A DNA stretch of 64,000 bases from assembly GCF_056746865.1 (NCBI RefSeq), contig NZ_CM163382.1. One strand, given 5' to 3'. The translations under genes and the position numbers were made by a program. The notes below the pieces were generated by a model. That model saw only the letters and a program-made list of their open reading frames with translations. It was not told where the DNA came from and ran no database searches. Of the stretch, positions 38,021 to 47,786 are shown in pieces. Every line of letters starts with the position of its first letter. Within the stretch, counting starts at the first letter, position 1.

Positions 38021-39274
38021 ATGTGCGAACATCATCATGCCGCGAAGCACATCCTGTGCTCGCAGTGTGACATGCTGGTGGCGTTACCGCGCCTTGAGCA
38101 TGGTCAGAAAGCGGCATGTCCCCGGTGTGGCACAACGTTAACCGTGGCGTGGGATGCCCCTCGGCAGCGTCCCACCGCCTATGCGTTGGCTGCACTGTTC
38201 ATGCTGTTGCTGTCCAACTTGTTTCCTTTTGTGAATATGAACGTTGCGGGAGTCACCAGTGAAATTACATTACTGGAAATTCCCGGCGTGCTTTTTTCTG
38301 AGGACTACGCCAGCCTCGGCACCTTTTTCCTGTTGTTTGTGCAACTGGTTCCCGCGTTTTGTCTGATAACCATTCTGTTACTGGTGAATCGCGCGGAATT
38401 ACCGGTCCGTTTAAAAGAGCAACTGGCACGAGTGCTTTTTCAACTCAAAACCTGGGGAATGGCGGAGATTTTCCTCGCGGGTGTGCTGGTCAGTTTCGTT
38501 AAACTGATGGCCTACGGCAGCATTGGTGTCGGCAGTAGCTTTCTCCCCTGGTGTTTATTTTGTGTCCTGCAACTGCGCGCCTTTCAGTGCGTTGATCGTC
38601 GCTGGTTGTGGGACGATATCGCCCCGATGCCAGCACTGCGCCAGCCGCTAAAACCTGGCGTCACGGGGATACGTCAGGGGTTACGTTCGTGCTCCTGTTG
38701 TACGGCAATCCTTCCTGCTGATGAACCCGTATGCCCGCGCTGTGGTACTAAAGGGTACGTTCGGCGTAGAAACAGCCTGCAATGGACACTCGCGCTGCTT
38801 GTAACGTCCATCATGCTGTATCTTCCGGCTAATATTTTGCCCATCATGGTGACGGATTTATTAGGTTCGAAGATGCCATCGACGATTCTCGCTGGGGTCA
38901 TCCTGTTATGGAGCGAAGGATCTTATCCCGTCGCTGCGGTTATCTTTCTGGCCAGTATTATGGTGCCAACGTTAAAGATGATCGCCATAGCGTGGCTGTG
39001 CTGGGATGCCAAAGGGCATGGCAAGCGCGACAGTGAAAGAATGCATTTGATTTATGAAGTTGTTGAGTTTGTAGGCCGCTGGTCGATGATTGACGTTTTC
39101 GTTATCGCGGTGCTCTCGGCGCTGGTGCGTATGGGAGGTTTAATGAGTATTTATCCGGCAATGGGTGCATTAATGTTTGCTTTAGTCGTCATAATGACAA
39201 TGTTTTCTGCTATGACGTTTGACCCGCGTTTGTCGTGGGATCGTCAACCTGAATCAGAGCATGAGGAGTCCTGA
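38021..39274 (+). CDS. pqiA: Paraquat-inducible intermembrane transport protein PqiA
   Basis: 417-aa ORF with N-terminal CxxC zinc-ribbon pairs and multiple transmembrane segments. Confidence 0.93.
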   Translation: MCEHHHAAKHILCSQCDMLVALPRLEHGQKAACPRCGTTLTVAWDAPRQRPTAYALAALFMLLLSNLFPFVNMNVAGVTSEITLLEIPGVLFSEDYASLGTFFLLFVQLVPAFCLITILLLVNRAELPVRLKEQLARVLFQLKTWGMAEIFLAGVLVSFVKLMAYGSIGVGSSFLPWCLFCVLQLRAFQCVDRRWLWDDIAPMPALRQPLKPGVTGIRQGLRSCSCCTAILPADEPVCPRCGTKGYVRRRNSLQWTLALLVTSIMLYLPANILPIMVTDLLGSKMPSTILAGVILLWSEGSYPVAAVIFLASIMVPTLKMIAIAWLCWDAKGHGKRDSERMHLIYEVVEFVGRWSMIDVFVIAVLSALVRMGGLMSIYPAMGALMFALVVIMTMFSAMTFDPRLSWDRQPESEHEES

Positions 39275-39278
39275 CAGT

Positions 39279-40919
39279 ATGGAATCTAATAATGGGGAAG
39301 CCAAAATCCAGAAAGTGAAGAACTGGTCTCCCGTGTGGATATTTCCTATCGTCACGGCGCTCATTGGGGCCTGGGTTCTTTTTTATCATTACAGCCATCA
39401 GGGACCGGAAGTGACCCTGATCACCGCGAATGCGGAAGGAATTGAAGGTGGCAAAACCACCATTAAAAGCCGTAGCGTTGACGTCGGCGTGGTTGAAAGC
39501 GCCACACTGGCTGATGATTTGACGCACGTTGAAATCAAAGCGCGGCTGAATTCCGGTATGGAAAAATTGCTGCATAAAGATACCGTCTTTTGGGTGGTGA
39601 AACCGCAGATTGGTCGAGAAGGGATTAGCGGCCTGGGAACGCTGCTGTCTGGGGTTTATATCGAACTGCAGCCAGGCGCGAAAGGCAGCAAAATGGATAA
39701 ATACGATTTGCTGGACTCGCCACCGTTGGCTCCGCCTGATGCGAAAGGTATCCGTGTGATTCTCGATAGCAAAAAAGCCGGGCAGCTCTCGCCAGGAGAT
39801 CCCGTGCTGTTCCGTGGCTATCGGGTAGGTTCGGTTGAAACCAGCACCTTCGATACGCAAAAACGCAATATCAGCTATCAACTGTTCATCAATGCACCTT
39901 ATGACCGACTGGTGACCAGCAATGTTCGTTTCTGGAAAGATAGTGGCATTGCGGTTGATTTGACGTCAGCGGGAATGCGTGTGGAGATGGGCTCATTGAC
40001 AACGCTGCTGAGTGGCGGTGTCAGCTTTGATGTGCCGGAAGGTCTGGATTTAGGGCAGCCAGTGGCACCGAAAACAGCTTTCGTTTTGTATGATGATCAG
40101 AAGAGCATTCAGGATTCGTTGTACACCGATCACATTGATTATCTGATGTTCTTTAAAGATTCGGTACGCGGTCTGCAACCGGGAGCTCCGGTAGAATTCC
40201 GGGGTATTCGCCTGGGTACCGTAAGCAAAGTGCCATTCTTTGCGCCGAATATGCGTCAGACATTTAACGATGATTACCGTATTCCGGTACTGATTCGTAT
40301 CGAGCCAGAGCGGCTGAAAATGCAGCTTGGCGAAAATGCGGATGTTGTTGAGCACCTTGGCGAATTGTTGAAACGTGGTTTACGCGGATCGCTGAAAACC
40401 GGAAACCTGGTCACTGGCGCACTGTATGTTGATCTCGATTTCTATCCAAATACGCCTGCAATAACCGGTATTCGTGAATTTAATGGTTATCAGATTATCC
40501 CGACCGTTAGCGGCGGTCTGGCGCAAATCCAGCAACGACTGATGGAAGCGTTGGATAAGATCAACAAACTGCCATTGAATCCGATGATTGAACAGGCAAC
40601 CAGTACGCTTTCTGAAAGTCAGCGCACAATGAAAAACCTGCAAACGACGCTGGATAGCATGAACAAGATCCTCGCCAGCCAGTCGATGCAGCAGTTACCG
40701 ACGGATATGCAGTCAACGTTGCGTGAATTGAATCGCAGTATGCAGGGCTTCCAGCCTGGCTCCGCAGCCTACAACAAGATGGTGGCGGATATGCAGCGAC
40801 TTGATCAGGTGTTGCGAGAACTGCAACCGGTGCTGAAAACGCTCAACGAGAAGAGTAACGCGCTGGTATTTGAAGCGAAGGACAAAAAAGATCCAGAGCC
40901 GAAGAGGGCGAAACAATGA
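39279..40919 (+). CDS. pqiB: Paraquat-inducible MCE-domain protein PqiB
   Basis: Track ORF 39219..40919; start moved to MESNNGEAKIQKVKNWSPVWIF giving 546 aa. Confidence 0.93.
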   Translation: MESNNGEAKIQKVKNWSPVWIFPIVTALIGAWVLFYHYSHQGPEVTLITANAEGIEGGKTTIKSRSVDVGVVESATLADDLTHVEIKARLNSGMEKLLHKDTVFWVVKPQIGREGISGLGTLLSGVYIELQPGAKGSKMDKYDLLDSPPLAPPDAKGIRVILDSKKAGQLSPGDPVLFRGYRVGSVETSTFDTQKRNISYQLFINAPYDRLVTSNVRFWKDSGIAVDLTSAGMRVEMGSLTTLLSGGVSFDVPEGLDLGQPVAPKTAFVLYDDQKSIQDSLYTDHIDYLMFFKDSVRGLQPGAPVEFRGIRLGTVSKVPFFAPNMRQTFNDDYRIPVLIRIEPERLKMQLGENADVVEHLGELLKRGLRGSLKTGNLVTGALYVDLDFYPNTPAITGIREFNGYQIIPTVSGGLAQIQQRLMEALDKINKLPLNPMIEQATSTLSESQRTMKNLQTTLDSMNKILASQSMQQLPTDMQSTLRELNRSMQGFQPGSAAYNKMVADMQRLDQVLRELQPVLKTLNEKSNALVFEAKDKKDPEPKRAKQ

Positions 40920-41479
40920 AAAAGTGGCTAGTGACGATTGCAGCACTGTGGCTGGCCGGATGCAGCTCCGGCGAAATTAATAAAAACTATTACCAGTTAC
41001 CTGTGGTGCAGAGCGGTACACAAAGTACCGCCAGCCAGGGTAATCGCCTGTTATGGGTAGAGCAGGTCGCTGTTCCTGACTATCTGGCGGGGAATGGTGT
41101 GGTTTATCAAACCAGTGATGTGAAGTATGTGATTGCCAACAACAACTTGTGGGCCAGCCCGTTGGATCAACAGTTGCGCAACACTCTGGTTGCCAACCTG
41201 AGCACGCAACTGCCCGGCTGGGTGGTTGCCTCCCAGCCTCTGGGAAGCGCCCAGGATACGCTCAATGTTACCGTAACGGAGTTTAACGGGCGATATGATG
41301 GCAAGGTCATTGTCAGTGGTGAGTGGCTGTTGAACCACCAGGGACAACTGATCAAACGTCCGTTCCGTCTGGAAGGGGTGCAAACTCAGGATGGTTACGA
41401 TGAAATGGTTAAAGTGCTGGCCAGTGTCTGGAGTCAGGAAGCCGCTTCTATTGCGCAAGAGATAAAGCGTCTACCGTAA
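40916..41479 (+). CDS. pqiC: Lipoprotein PqiC (YmbA)
   Basis: 187-aa ORF with lipobox LAGCSS; start overlaps the pqiB stop (ATGA). Confidence 0.9.
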   Translation: MKKWLVTIAALWLAGCSSGEINKNYYQLPVVQSGTQSTASQGNRLLWVEQVAVPDYLAGNGVVYQTSDVKYVIANNNLWASPLDQQLRNTLVANLSTQLPGWVVASQPLGSAQDTLNVTVTEFNGRYDGKVIVSGEWLLNHQGQLIKRPFRLEGVQTQDGYDEMVKVLASVWSQEAASIAQEIKRLP

Positions 41480-41734
41480 TCATAAAGATTTGTAAATATA
41501 ACCGTCTCCGGTATGTTGCCTGAGGCGGTTTTTTTGTTTCTAAGGTGCGGAAAAAGTTGTTCCTCTTCACATTTTTTGTACAACTGACATGCCCGTGTAG
41601 CTCACAAATATGACAGTGGCGTGAATTTTGCGCATTGACGGCAGTTATGATTCGCGGTATTGCTTAACTGTGATTGCACATTTAGTAATCACTGTTTTCT
41701 TTTCCACCAGAAACCAGTATGAGGGAAACGAGGC

Positions 41735-41902
41735 ATGAAGAGACAAAAACGAGATCGCCTGGAACGGGCACATCAACGTGGTTATCAGGCCGGCATCGCC
41801 GGACGCTCAAAAGAAATGTGTCCCTATCAGACGCTGAATCAAAGGTCACAATGGCTGGGAGGCTGGCGAGAAGCCATGGCGGACAGGGTAGTAATGGCCT
41901 GA
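41735..41902 (+). CDS. rmf: Ribosome modulation factor (55 aa); too short to appear in the supplied ORF track
   Basis: ATG at 41735 translates to MKRQKRDRLERAHQRGYQAGIAGRSKEMCPYQTLNQRSQWLGGWREAMADRVVMA with stop at 41900-41902; GAGG RBS upstream. Confidence 0.9.
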   Translation: MKRQKRDRLERAHQRGYQAGIAGRSKEMCPYQTLNQRSQWLGGWREAMADRVVMA

Positions 41903-41914
41903 TTCTGTCTCTTT

Positions 41915-41951
41915 AAAAAGAAACCTCCGCATTGCGGAGGTTTCGCCTTTT
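41915..41951. terminator. Bidirectional rho-independent terminator between rmf and fabA
   Basis: Stem aaacctccgc / gcggaggttt flanked by an A-run upstream and a T-run downstream, between convergent genes. Confidence 0.75.
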
Positions 41952-41971
41952 GATACTCTGTCTGATTATAA

Positions 41972-42490
41972 TCAGAAGGCAGACGTATCCTGGAACAGAC
42001 CGACTTTCAGGTCGCTGGCGGTATAGATCAGACGACCATCAACCAGCACTTCGCCATCCGCCAGGCCCATAATCAGACGACGGTTAACAATGCGTTTAAA
42101 GTGAATACGGTAGGTCACTTTTTTCGCTGTCGGCAGTACCTGACCAGTGAATTTCACTTCGCCAACGCCCAGCGCGCGGCCTTTACCTTCGCCGCCCAGC
42201 CAGCCGAGGTAGAACCCTACCAGCTGCCACATTGCGTCCAGGCCCAGACATCCTGGCATAACCGGATCACCAATGAAGTGGCATCCGAAGAACCACAGAT
42301 CCGGATTGATATCCAGTTCTGCTTCAACATACCCTTTGTCGAAGTTACCACCCGTTTCGGTCATTTTGACCACACGGTCCATCATCAGCATGTTCGGTGC
42401 TGGCAATTGCGGACCTTTAGCGCCAAACAGTTCACCGCGACCAGAGGCAAGAAGGTCTTCTTTTGTATAGGATTCGCGTTTATCTACCAT
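41972..42490 (-). CDS. fabA: 3-hydroxydecanoyl-ACP dehydratase/isomerase
   Basis: Track ORF 41972..42688 over-extended; start moved to [23 protein letters not shown] giving 172 aa. Confidence 0.95.
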
Positions 42491-42558
42491 GTTCTCTGTA
42501 AGCCTTATTTTATTGAAGCACGCAGGATAGCTAACACGTGTACGCTGAACAAGTCCGA

Positions 42559-44319
42559 TCAGTTCGGAATAAACCAGTTCAGCCAACGTAATGGCCATGG
42601 AAAACGGTGACGTCCTTCCTGTTGCGATGCTTGCGCGATACGTTCCTGGATGGTTTGCATCAGCGTCGTTTGGCCTTCGCCATCCCACACCAGATTTAAT
42701 AATAACGGCAGTGCGTCAGTCACATCGTCTACTGCCCAGATGGTGAATTTGCCTTCTTCTACCGCTTTCACCAGTTCACTGTGAAGACTTAAATGGCGAA
42801 TGTTAGCAGTGGGGATAATGACACCTTGTTTCCCAGTTAACTCACGTTGCTGGCAAATAGCAAAGAAGCCTTCGATTTTCTCATTTAAACCACCGACCGG
42901 CTGGGCACGACCGAACTGATCGACTGAACCTGTGATAGCGATACTCTGATTCACCGGCACATCGGCGAGGGCGCTTATCAGGGCGCAGAGTTCAGCCATC
43001 GAGGCACTATCGCCATCCACTTCACTGTATGACTGCTCAAATGTCAGCGATGCTGAGAAGGGGATCTGTTGCTCAAGCTGTAGTTCCGACATCAGGAACG
43101 CCTGCATGATCATCATCCCTTTCGCATGGATATTGCCGCCAAGCTCCGCTTTGCGTTCGATGTCGGTGAATTCACCATCGCCAATATGCACAACGCAGCT
43201 AATGCGAGAAGGTTCGCCAAAAGCGCGTGGATGACCCGGAAATTCAATGACCGAAAGGGCGTTAATTTGCCCGATGCGTTCGCCTTCGGTTTCAATCAGG
43301 ATTTGCTCCTGAAGAATCTCATCCTGCATGCGTTCAGCGAGGAAACCTTCGCGCCATTCACGCTGCTGTAGCATTAAGTTTAGCTGCTCGCCGGAGAAGG
43401 TGTCGCCATCACACAGGGAGGCGACCTCTTTACACTGGCGGAGGATCCACTGCGGGCTAAGCGGAAGTGTTTCTTGTTCACCGGTGTAGCGTGCTGCTTC
43501 GCGGATAAGCACCGGCCAGGCATCCGCTCCCGGTGCAGGTAAGTGATTATGTCTGGCGGTAAATGTCACCCAGCGACACCACTGGCTTACTGACTCCGCA
43601 TCGACAATCTGCAGAGTATCTTCAAATTCGCTATAAATAGCCTGCTCTGAAAGCTCTGGCTCCATCTCCTGGAAATCAGCCAATGATTCGCGTTCGCCTA
43701 CCAGAATGACTTTCAGCTTCAATGGCATCGAAGGCACAGAGACGGGGAGAGGGCGCGACTCATCAAACGCAACCCAGTCAAAACGCCCGCGGTTAACGAT
43801 ATTTTTCAGCCGCATCCACAGCAGAGGTTGCGCCAGCAGTGTACGCAAAGAGATGATGAGAATACCGCCATTTGCCTGATGCACCAGACCTGGCTGCAGG
43901 GTAATGTCGCCATTAAACTGGCGCAGGCAGCCAAAGAGTTGCTCCGCTTCTACCCAGTCGGCAGCGACAACTTGCGTTAAAGTCGCAAAATTATCATCTG
44001 CACTCACTGTGTTACGTAAGCGGATGGTGTGCCCGGAAACCTCATAGTGACCGCCCACCAGTTGGCCTGCATCGCTTTGTAGCGCACGCGCGGCATCGGC
44101 AATAAGATTCAGATACTCAGACTCTTCCGGGGCCTTCGCCAGCATAAAAGAGGAGGATGCTCGCGTATGCAGCAACTGCTCCAGCGCAAATTGCAGTCGC
44201 GGTTGAGTATCACTGAATAAAGGATCGTTTTCGTCAATCAAATGTGGCTGAGCAAATATTTCCTGATAGCTATCGGTATCAGGAACCAGGTCACGCCATG
44301 CAAGTTTCGTAATGGTCAA
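42559..44319 (-). CDS. ycbZ: Lon-like protease homolog YcbZ
   Basis: 586-aa ORF at the conserved position between fabA and matP, with a C-terminal Lon-protease-like region. Confidence 0.85.
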
Positions 44320-44504
44320 AGTTGATGTTTTTTAGTCTGTTGTCAAAGCCGCGATTATACCGTAACCGGCACTGCAGCACACGTAGAAAGCACCGACAAT
44401 ACTCCTGGCATGGGCGTTAAAGCTCACAGGATGGAGATTCTTTTCTTCACTGGCCTAAAAAGCTGATATTCTGTAAAGAGTTACACGGTAACATTGAGAT
44501 CGCT

Positions 44505-44957
44505 ATGAAATATCAACAACTTGAAAATCTTGAAAGCGGTTGGAAATGGAAGTATCTGGTGAAGAAGCATCGCGAAGGGGAGTTAATCACCCGTTACATA
44601 GAAGCCAGTGCCGCCCAGGAAGCCGTCGATGTGTTGCTCTCGCTGGAAAATGAACCCGTGCTGGTAAATGGCTGGATTGACAAGCATATGAATCCGGAAC
44701 TGGTCAATCGCATGAAGCAGACCATTCGGGCCAGACGAAAGCGCCATTTTAATGCGGAACACCAGCATACGCGCAAAAAATCGATCGATCTGGAATTTAT
44801 TGTCTGGCAACGTCTGGCTGGTCTTGCGCAGCGTCGCGGTAAAACGCTTTCTGAAACGATTGTTCAGCTGATTGAAGATGCGGAAAACAAAGAGAAATAC
44901 GCGAATAAAATGTCTTCTTTGAAGCAGGATCTGCAGGCATTGCTGGGTAAGGAATAA
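44505..44957 (+). CDS. matP: Macrodomain Ter protein MatP
   Basis: 150-aa ORF beginning [31 protein letters not shown]. Confidence 0.93.
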
Positions 44958-44989
44958 CTGACGAAAGTCAGTTCAATTTTCTAAAGACG

Positions 44990-45019
44990 AAAAAAAACCC
45001 CGCAGCAGCGGGGTTTTTT
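44990..45019. terminator. Bidirectional rho-independent terminator between matP and ompA
   Basis: Perfect stem aaccccgc / gcggggtt with an A8 run upstream and a T6 run downstream. Confidence 0.85.
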
Positions 45020-45032
45020 ACCAGACGAGAAC

Positions 45033-46073
45033 TTAAGCCTGCGGCTGAGTTACAACGTCTTTGATGCCTTTAACTTCGATCTCTACGCGACGATCCGGAG
45101 CCAGGCAGTCGATCAGTGCAGCACGCTGTTTCACGTTGTCACAGGTGTTGCCAGTAACCGGGTTGGATTCGCCCATACCACGTGCGGAGATCTTGTCTGC
45201 CGGGATACCTTTGGAGATCAGGTAATCAACAACAGACTGAGCACGGCGCTCGGACAGACCCTGGTTGTAAGCGTCAGAACCGATGCGGTCAGTGTAACCC
45301 AGAACAACTACGGAACCGTCTTTCGGATCCAGGTTGCTCAGCTGGCTGTACAGCTGATCCAGAGCAGCCTGACCTTCCGGTTTCAGGGTTGCTTTGTTGA
45401 AGGTGAACAGAACGTCAGACTTCAGAGTGAAGTGCTTGGTCTGTACTTCCGGTGCCGGAGCTGGAGCCGGAGCAACTACTGGAGCTGCTTCGCCCTGACC
45501 GAAACGGTAGGAAACACCCAGGCTCAGCATGCCGTTGTCCGGACGAGTACCGATGGTGTGTGCGTCACCGATGTTGTTGGTCCACTGGTATTCCAGACGG
45601 GTAGCGATTTCAGGAGTGATCGCATACTCAACACCGCCAGCGAAGACCGGAGAAACGCCGGTGTCATGGTTTTTACCATAAACGTTGGATTTAGTGTCTG
45701 CACGCCATACCATACCACCCAGACGAGTGTATACGTCCAGATCGTCAGTGATTGGGTAACCCAGTTTAGCGGTCAGCTGAACGCCCTGAGCTTTATATGC
45801 ACCGTTTTCAACGCTGCCTTTGTATGGCATACGACCTAACCAGTCATAACCCATTTCAAAGCCAACATACGGGTTAACCTGGTAACCACCAAAAGCACCA
45901 GCGCCCAGTTGGTTTTCATGGGTCGGACCATTGTTGTTGATGAAACCAGTGTCATGGTACTGGGACCAGCCCAGTTTAGCACCAGTGTACCAGGTGTTAT
46001 CTTTCGGAGCGGCCTGCGCTACGGTAGCGAAACCAGCCAGTGCCACTGCAATCGCGATAGCTGTCTTTTTCAT
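45033..46073 (-). CDS. ompA: Outer membrane protein A
   Basis: Track ORF 45033..46160; start moved to [29 protein letters not shown] giving 346 aa; APAPAPAP hinge and OmpA-like C-terminal domain. Confidence 0.97.
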   Translation of the reverse strand: MKKTAIAIAVALAGFATVAQAAPKDNTWYTGAKLGWSQYHDTGFINNNGPTHENQLGAGAFGGYQVNPYVGFEMGYDWLGRMPYKGSVENGAYKAQGVQLTAKLGYPITDDLDVYTRLGGMVWRADTKSNVYGKNHDTGVSPVFAGGVEYAITPEIATRLEYQWTNNIGDAHTIGTRPDNGMLSLGVSYRFGQGEAAPVVAPAPAPAPEVQTKHFTLKSDVLFTFNKATLKPEGQAALDQLYSQLSNLDPKDGSVVVLGYTDRIGSDAYNQGLSERRAQSVVDYLISKGIPADKISARGMGESNPVTGNTCDNVKQRAALIDCLAPDRRVEIEVKGIKDVVTQPQA

Positions 46074-46428
46074 TTTTTGCGCCTCGTTATCATCCAAAAT
46101 ACGCCATGAATATCTCCAACGAGATAACACGGTTAAATCCTTCACCGGGGATCTGCTCAATATTAACTCTACCGATATCTTCGGCTTATGCCGAGCACCC
46201 CTGGCGATGTAAAGTCTACAACGTAGTTGAAAACTTACAAGTGTGAACTCCGTCAGGCATATGAAAAAAAAGTCTTGTATAAGGTACGTTTAATCTTTTT
46301 TGTCAGCGACAATTTACAGAAGAAAATCGCGGAAACCGCTTCAGACAAGCCTCCGCAAGGAAAATTAGTCACGACTGAAAGCATTGGCTGGGCGACAAAA
46401 AAAGTTCCAGGATTAATCCTAAATTTAC

Positions 46429-46938
46429 TTAATGATACAAATTAGAGTGAATTTTTAGCCCGGAAAGTTGTCTCGTGGCGTGAGAGGATGCACTTACCGG
46501 ACGCATAATAAACCCCATAGCGTTACCTTCATTTGCCGCATCAACAAGTTCAGCATGCTCTTCTTCAGTCAAATCATCTGCCAACCAACCGATCACCACG
46601 CTGTAATTGCCCGTGCGTAAAGCGCGAACCATTGACTCCACGGTGTGGCAAGGGGAGAGCTGGCTAATCTGCATTACTTTCGTTAAGGGTAGCCCAGATG
46701 CCTGAACCCATTCGCGACTCAGTTTTTGTTGCGGTGTTAACCAGAGTTGCCAGCGCGATTGCTGACCGAGTTGCTGTAACAATGGCAACAGTAGAAGTTG
46801 CGTCATCATGGGCTGATCTTCGCGATAGACAACTTCACTGATAAGCCCGGCTGTAGTGTTTTCCGTAGAGACACGCGCAATTTTACTTGCTGCGGATGAG
46901 AACGACGAAGAACGATGTGCATAGCCTGAAGTGTACAT
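46429..46938 (-). CDS. sulA: SOS cell-division inhibitor SulA
   Basis: Track ORF 46429..46944; start at [15 protein letters not shown] giving 169 aa. Confidence 0.95.
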
Positions 46939-46960
46939 AATCAATCCAGCCCCTGTGAGT

Positions 46961-46980
46961 TACTGTATGGATGTACAGTA
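46961..46980 (-). promoter_or_regulatory. LexA operator (SOS box) of sulA
   Basis: tactgtatggatgtacagta is a perfect CTGT-N8-ACAG palindrome about 25 bp upstream of the sulA start. Confidence 0.9.
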
Positions 46981-47156
46981 CATCCAGTGACAACAAAGAT
47001 CAACCCTATTTTCGGAAAGAGCCTCGCAAATTTTGTCGTTGGTGACGGGAAAACATAAATTAATCTTGCCCCTTAAGAATAAGTTGCCTATTTTCGTAGT
47101 TAACGGATCCGTTAATGTGAATCATTCTTTTATGTTATGATTTTAAAAGGAATTTT

Positions 47157-47786
47157 ATGAAAAGCCTCTCCTATAAGCGGATCTATAAATCACAAGAATA
47201 CCTGGCAACGTTGGGCACAATTGAATACCGATCATTGTTTGGTAGTTACAGCCTGACCGTTGACGACACGGTGTTTGCGATGGTTTCTGATGGTGAGTTG
47301 TATCTTCGGGCTTGTGAGCAAAGTGCACAGTACTGTGTAAAACATCCGCCTGTTTGGCTGACATATAAAAAGTGTGGCCGATCCGTTACCCTCAATTACT
47401 ATCGGGTTGATGAAAGTCTATGGCGAAATCAACTGAAGCTGGTGCGTCTGTCGAAATATTCTCTCGATGCAGCGCTGAAAGAGAAAAGCACGCGCAATAC
47501 CCGGGAAAGACTGAAAGATTTGCCCAATATGTCTTTTCATCTGGAAGCGATTCTCGGGGAGGTGGGGATTAAGGATGTACGGGCGTTACGTATACTTGGG
47601 GCAAAAATGTGTTGGTTGCGACTGCGGCAGCAAAACAGTCTGGTGACAGAAAAGATTCTGTTTATGCTTGAAGGGGCCATTATCGGCATTCATGAAGCTG
47701 CGCTCCCGGTGGCACGCCGCCAGGAGCTTGCAGAATGGGCTGACTCTCTTACGCCGAAACAGGAGTTTCCTGCGGAACTTGAGTAA
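47157..47786 (+). CDS. sxy: Competence regulator Sxy/TfoX
   Basis: 209-aa ORF beginning MKSLSYKRIYKSQEYLATLGTIEYRSLFGSYSL. Confidence 0.9.
   Translation: MKSLSYKRIYKSQEYLATLGTIEYRSLFGSYSLTVDDTVFAMVSDGELYLRACEQSAQYCVKHPPVWLTYKKCGRSVTLNYYRVDESLWRNQLKLVRLSKYSLDAALKEKSTRNTRERLKDLPNMSFHLEAILGEVGIKDVRALRILGAKMCWLRLRQQNSLVTEKILFMLEGAIIGIHEAALPVARRQELAEWADSLTPKQEFPAELE

Noticed and set aside
39210-39881. 223-aa ORF antisense to the pqiA/pqiB junction
   Set aside because: Antisense overlap with a well-supported operon; no start context or conserved motif.
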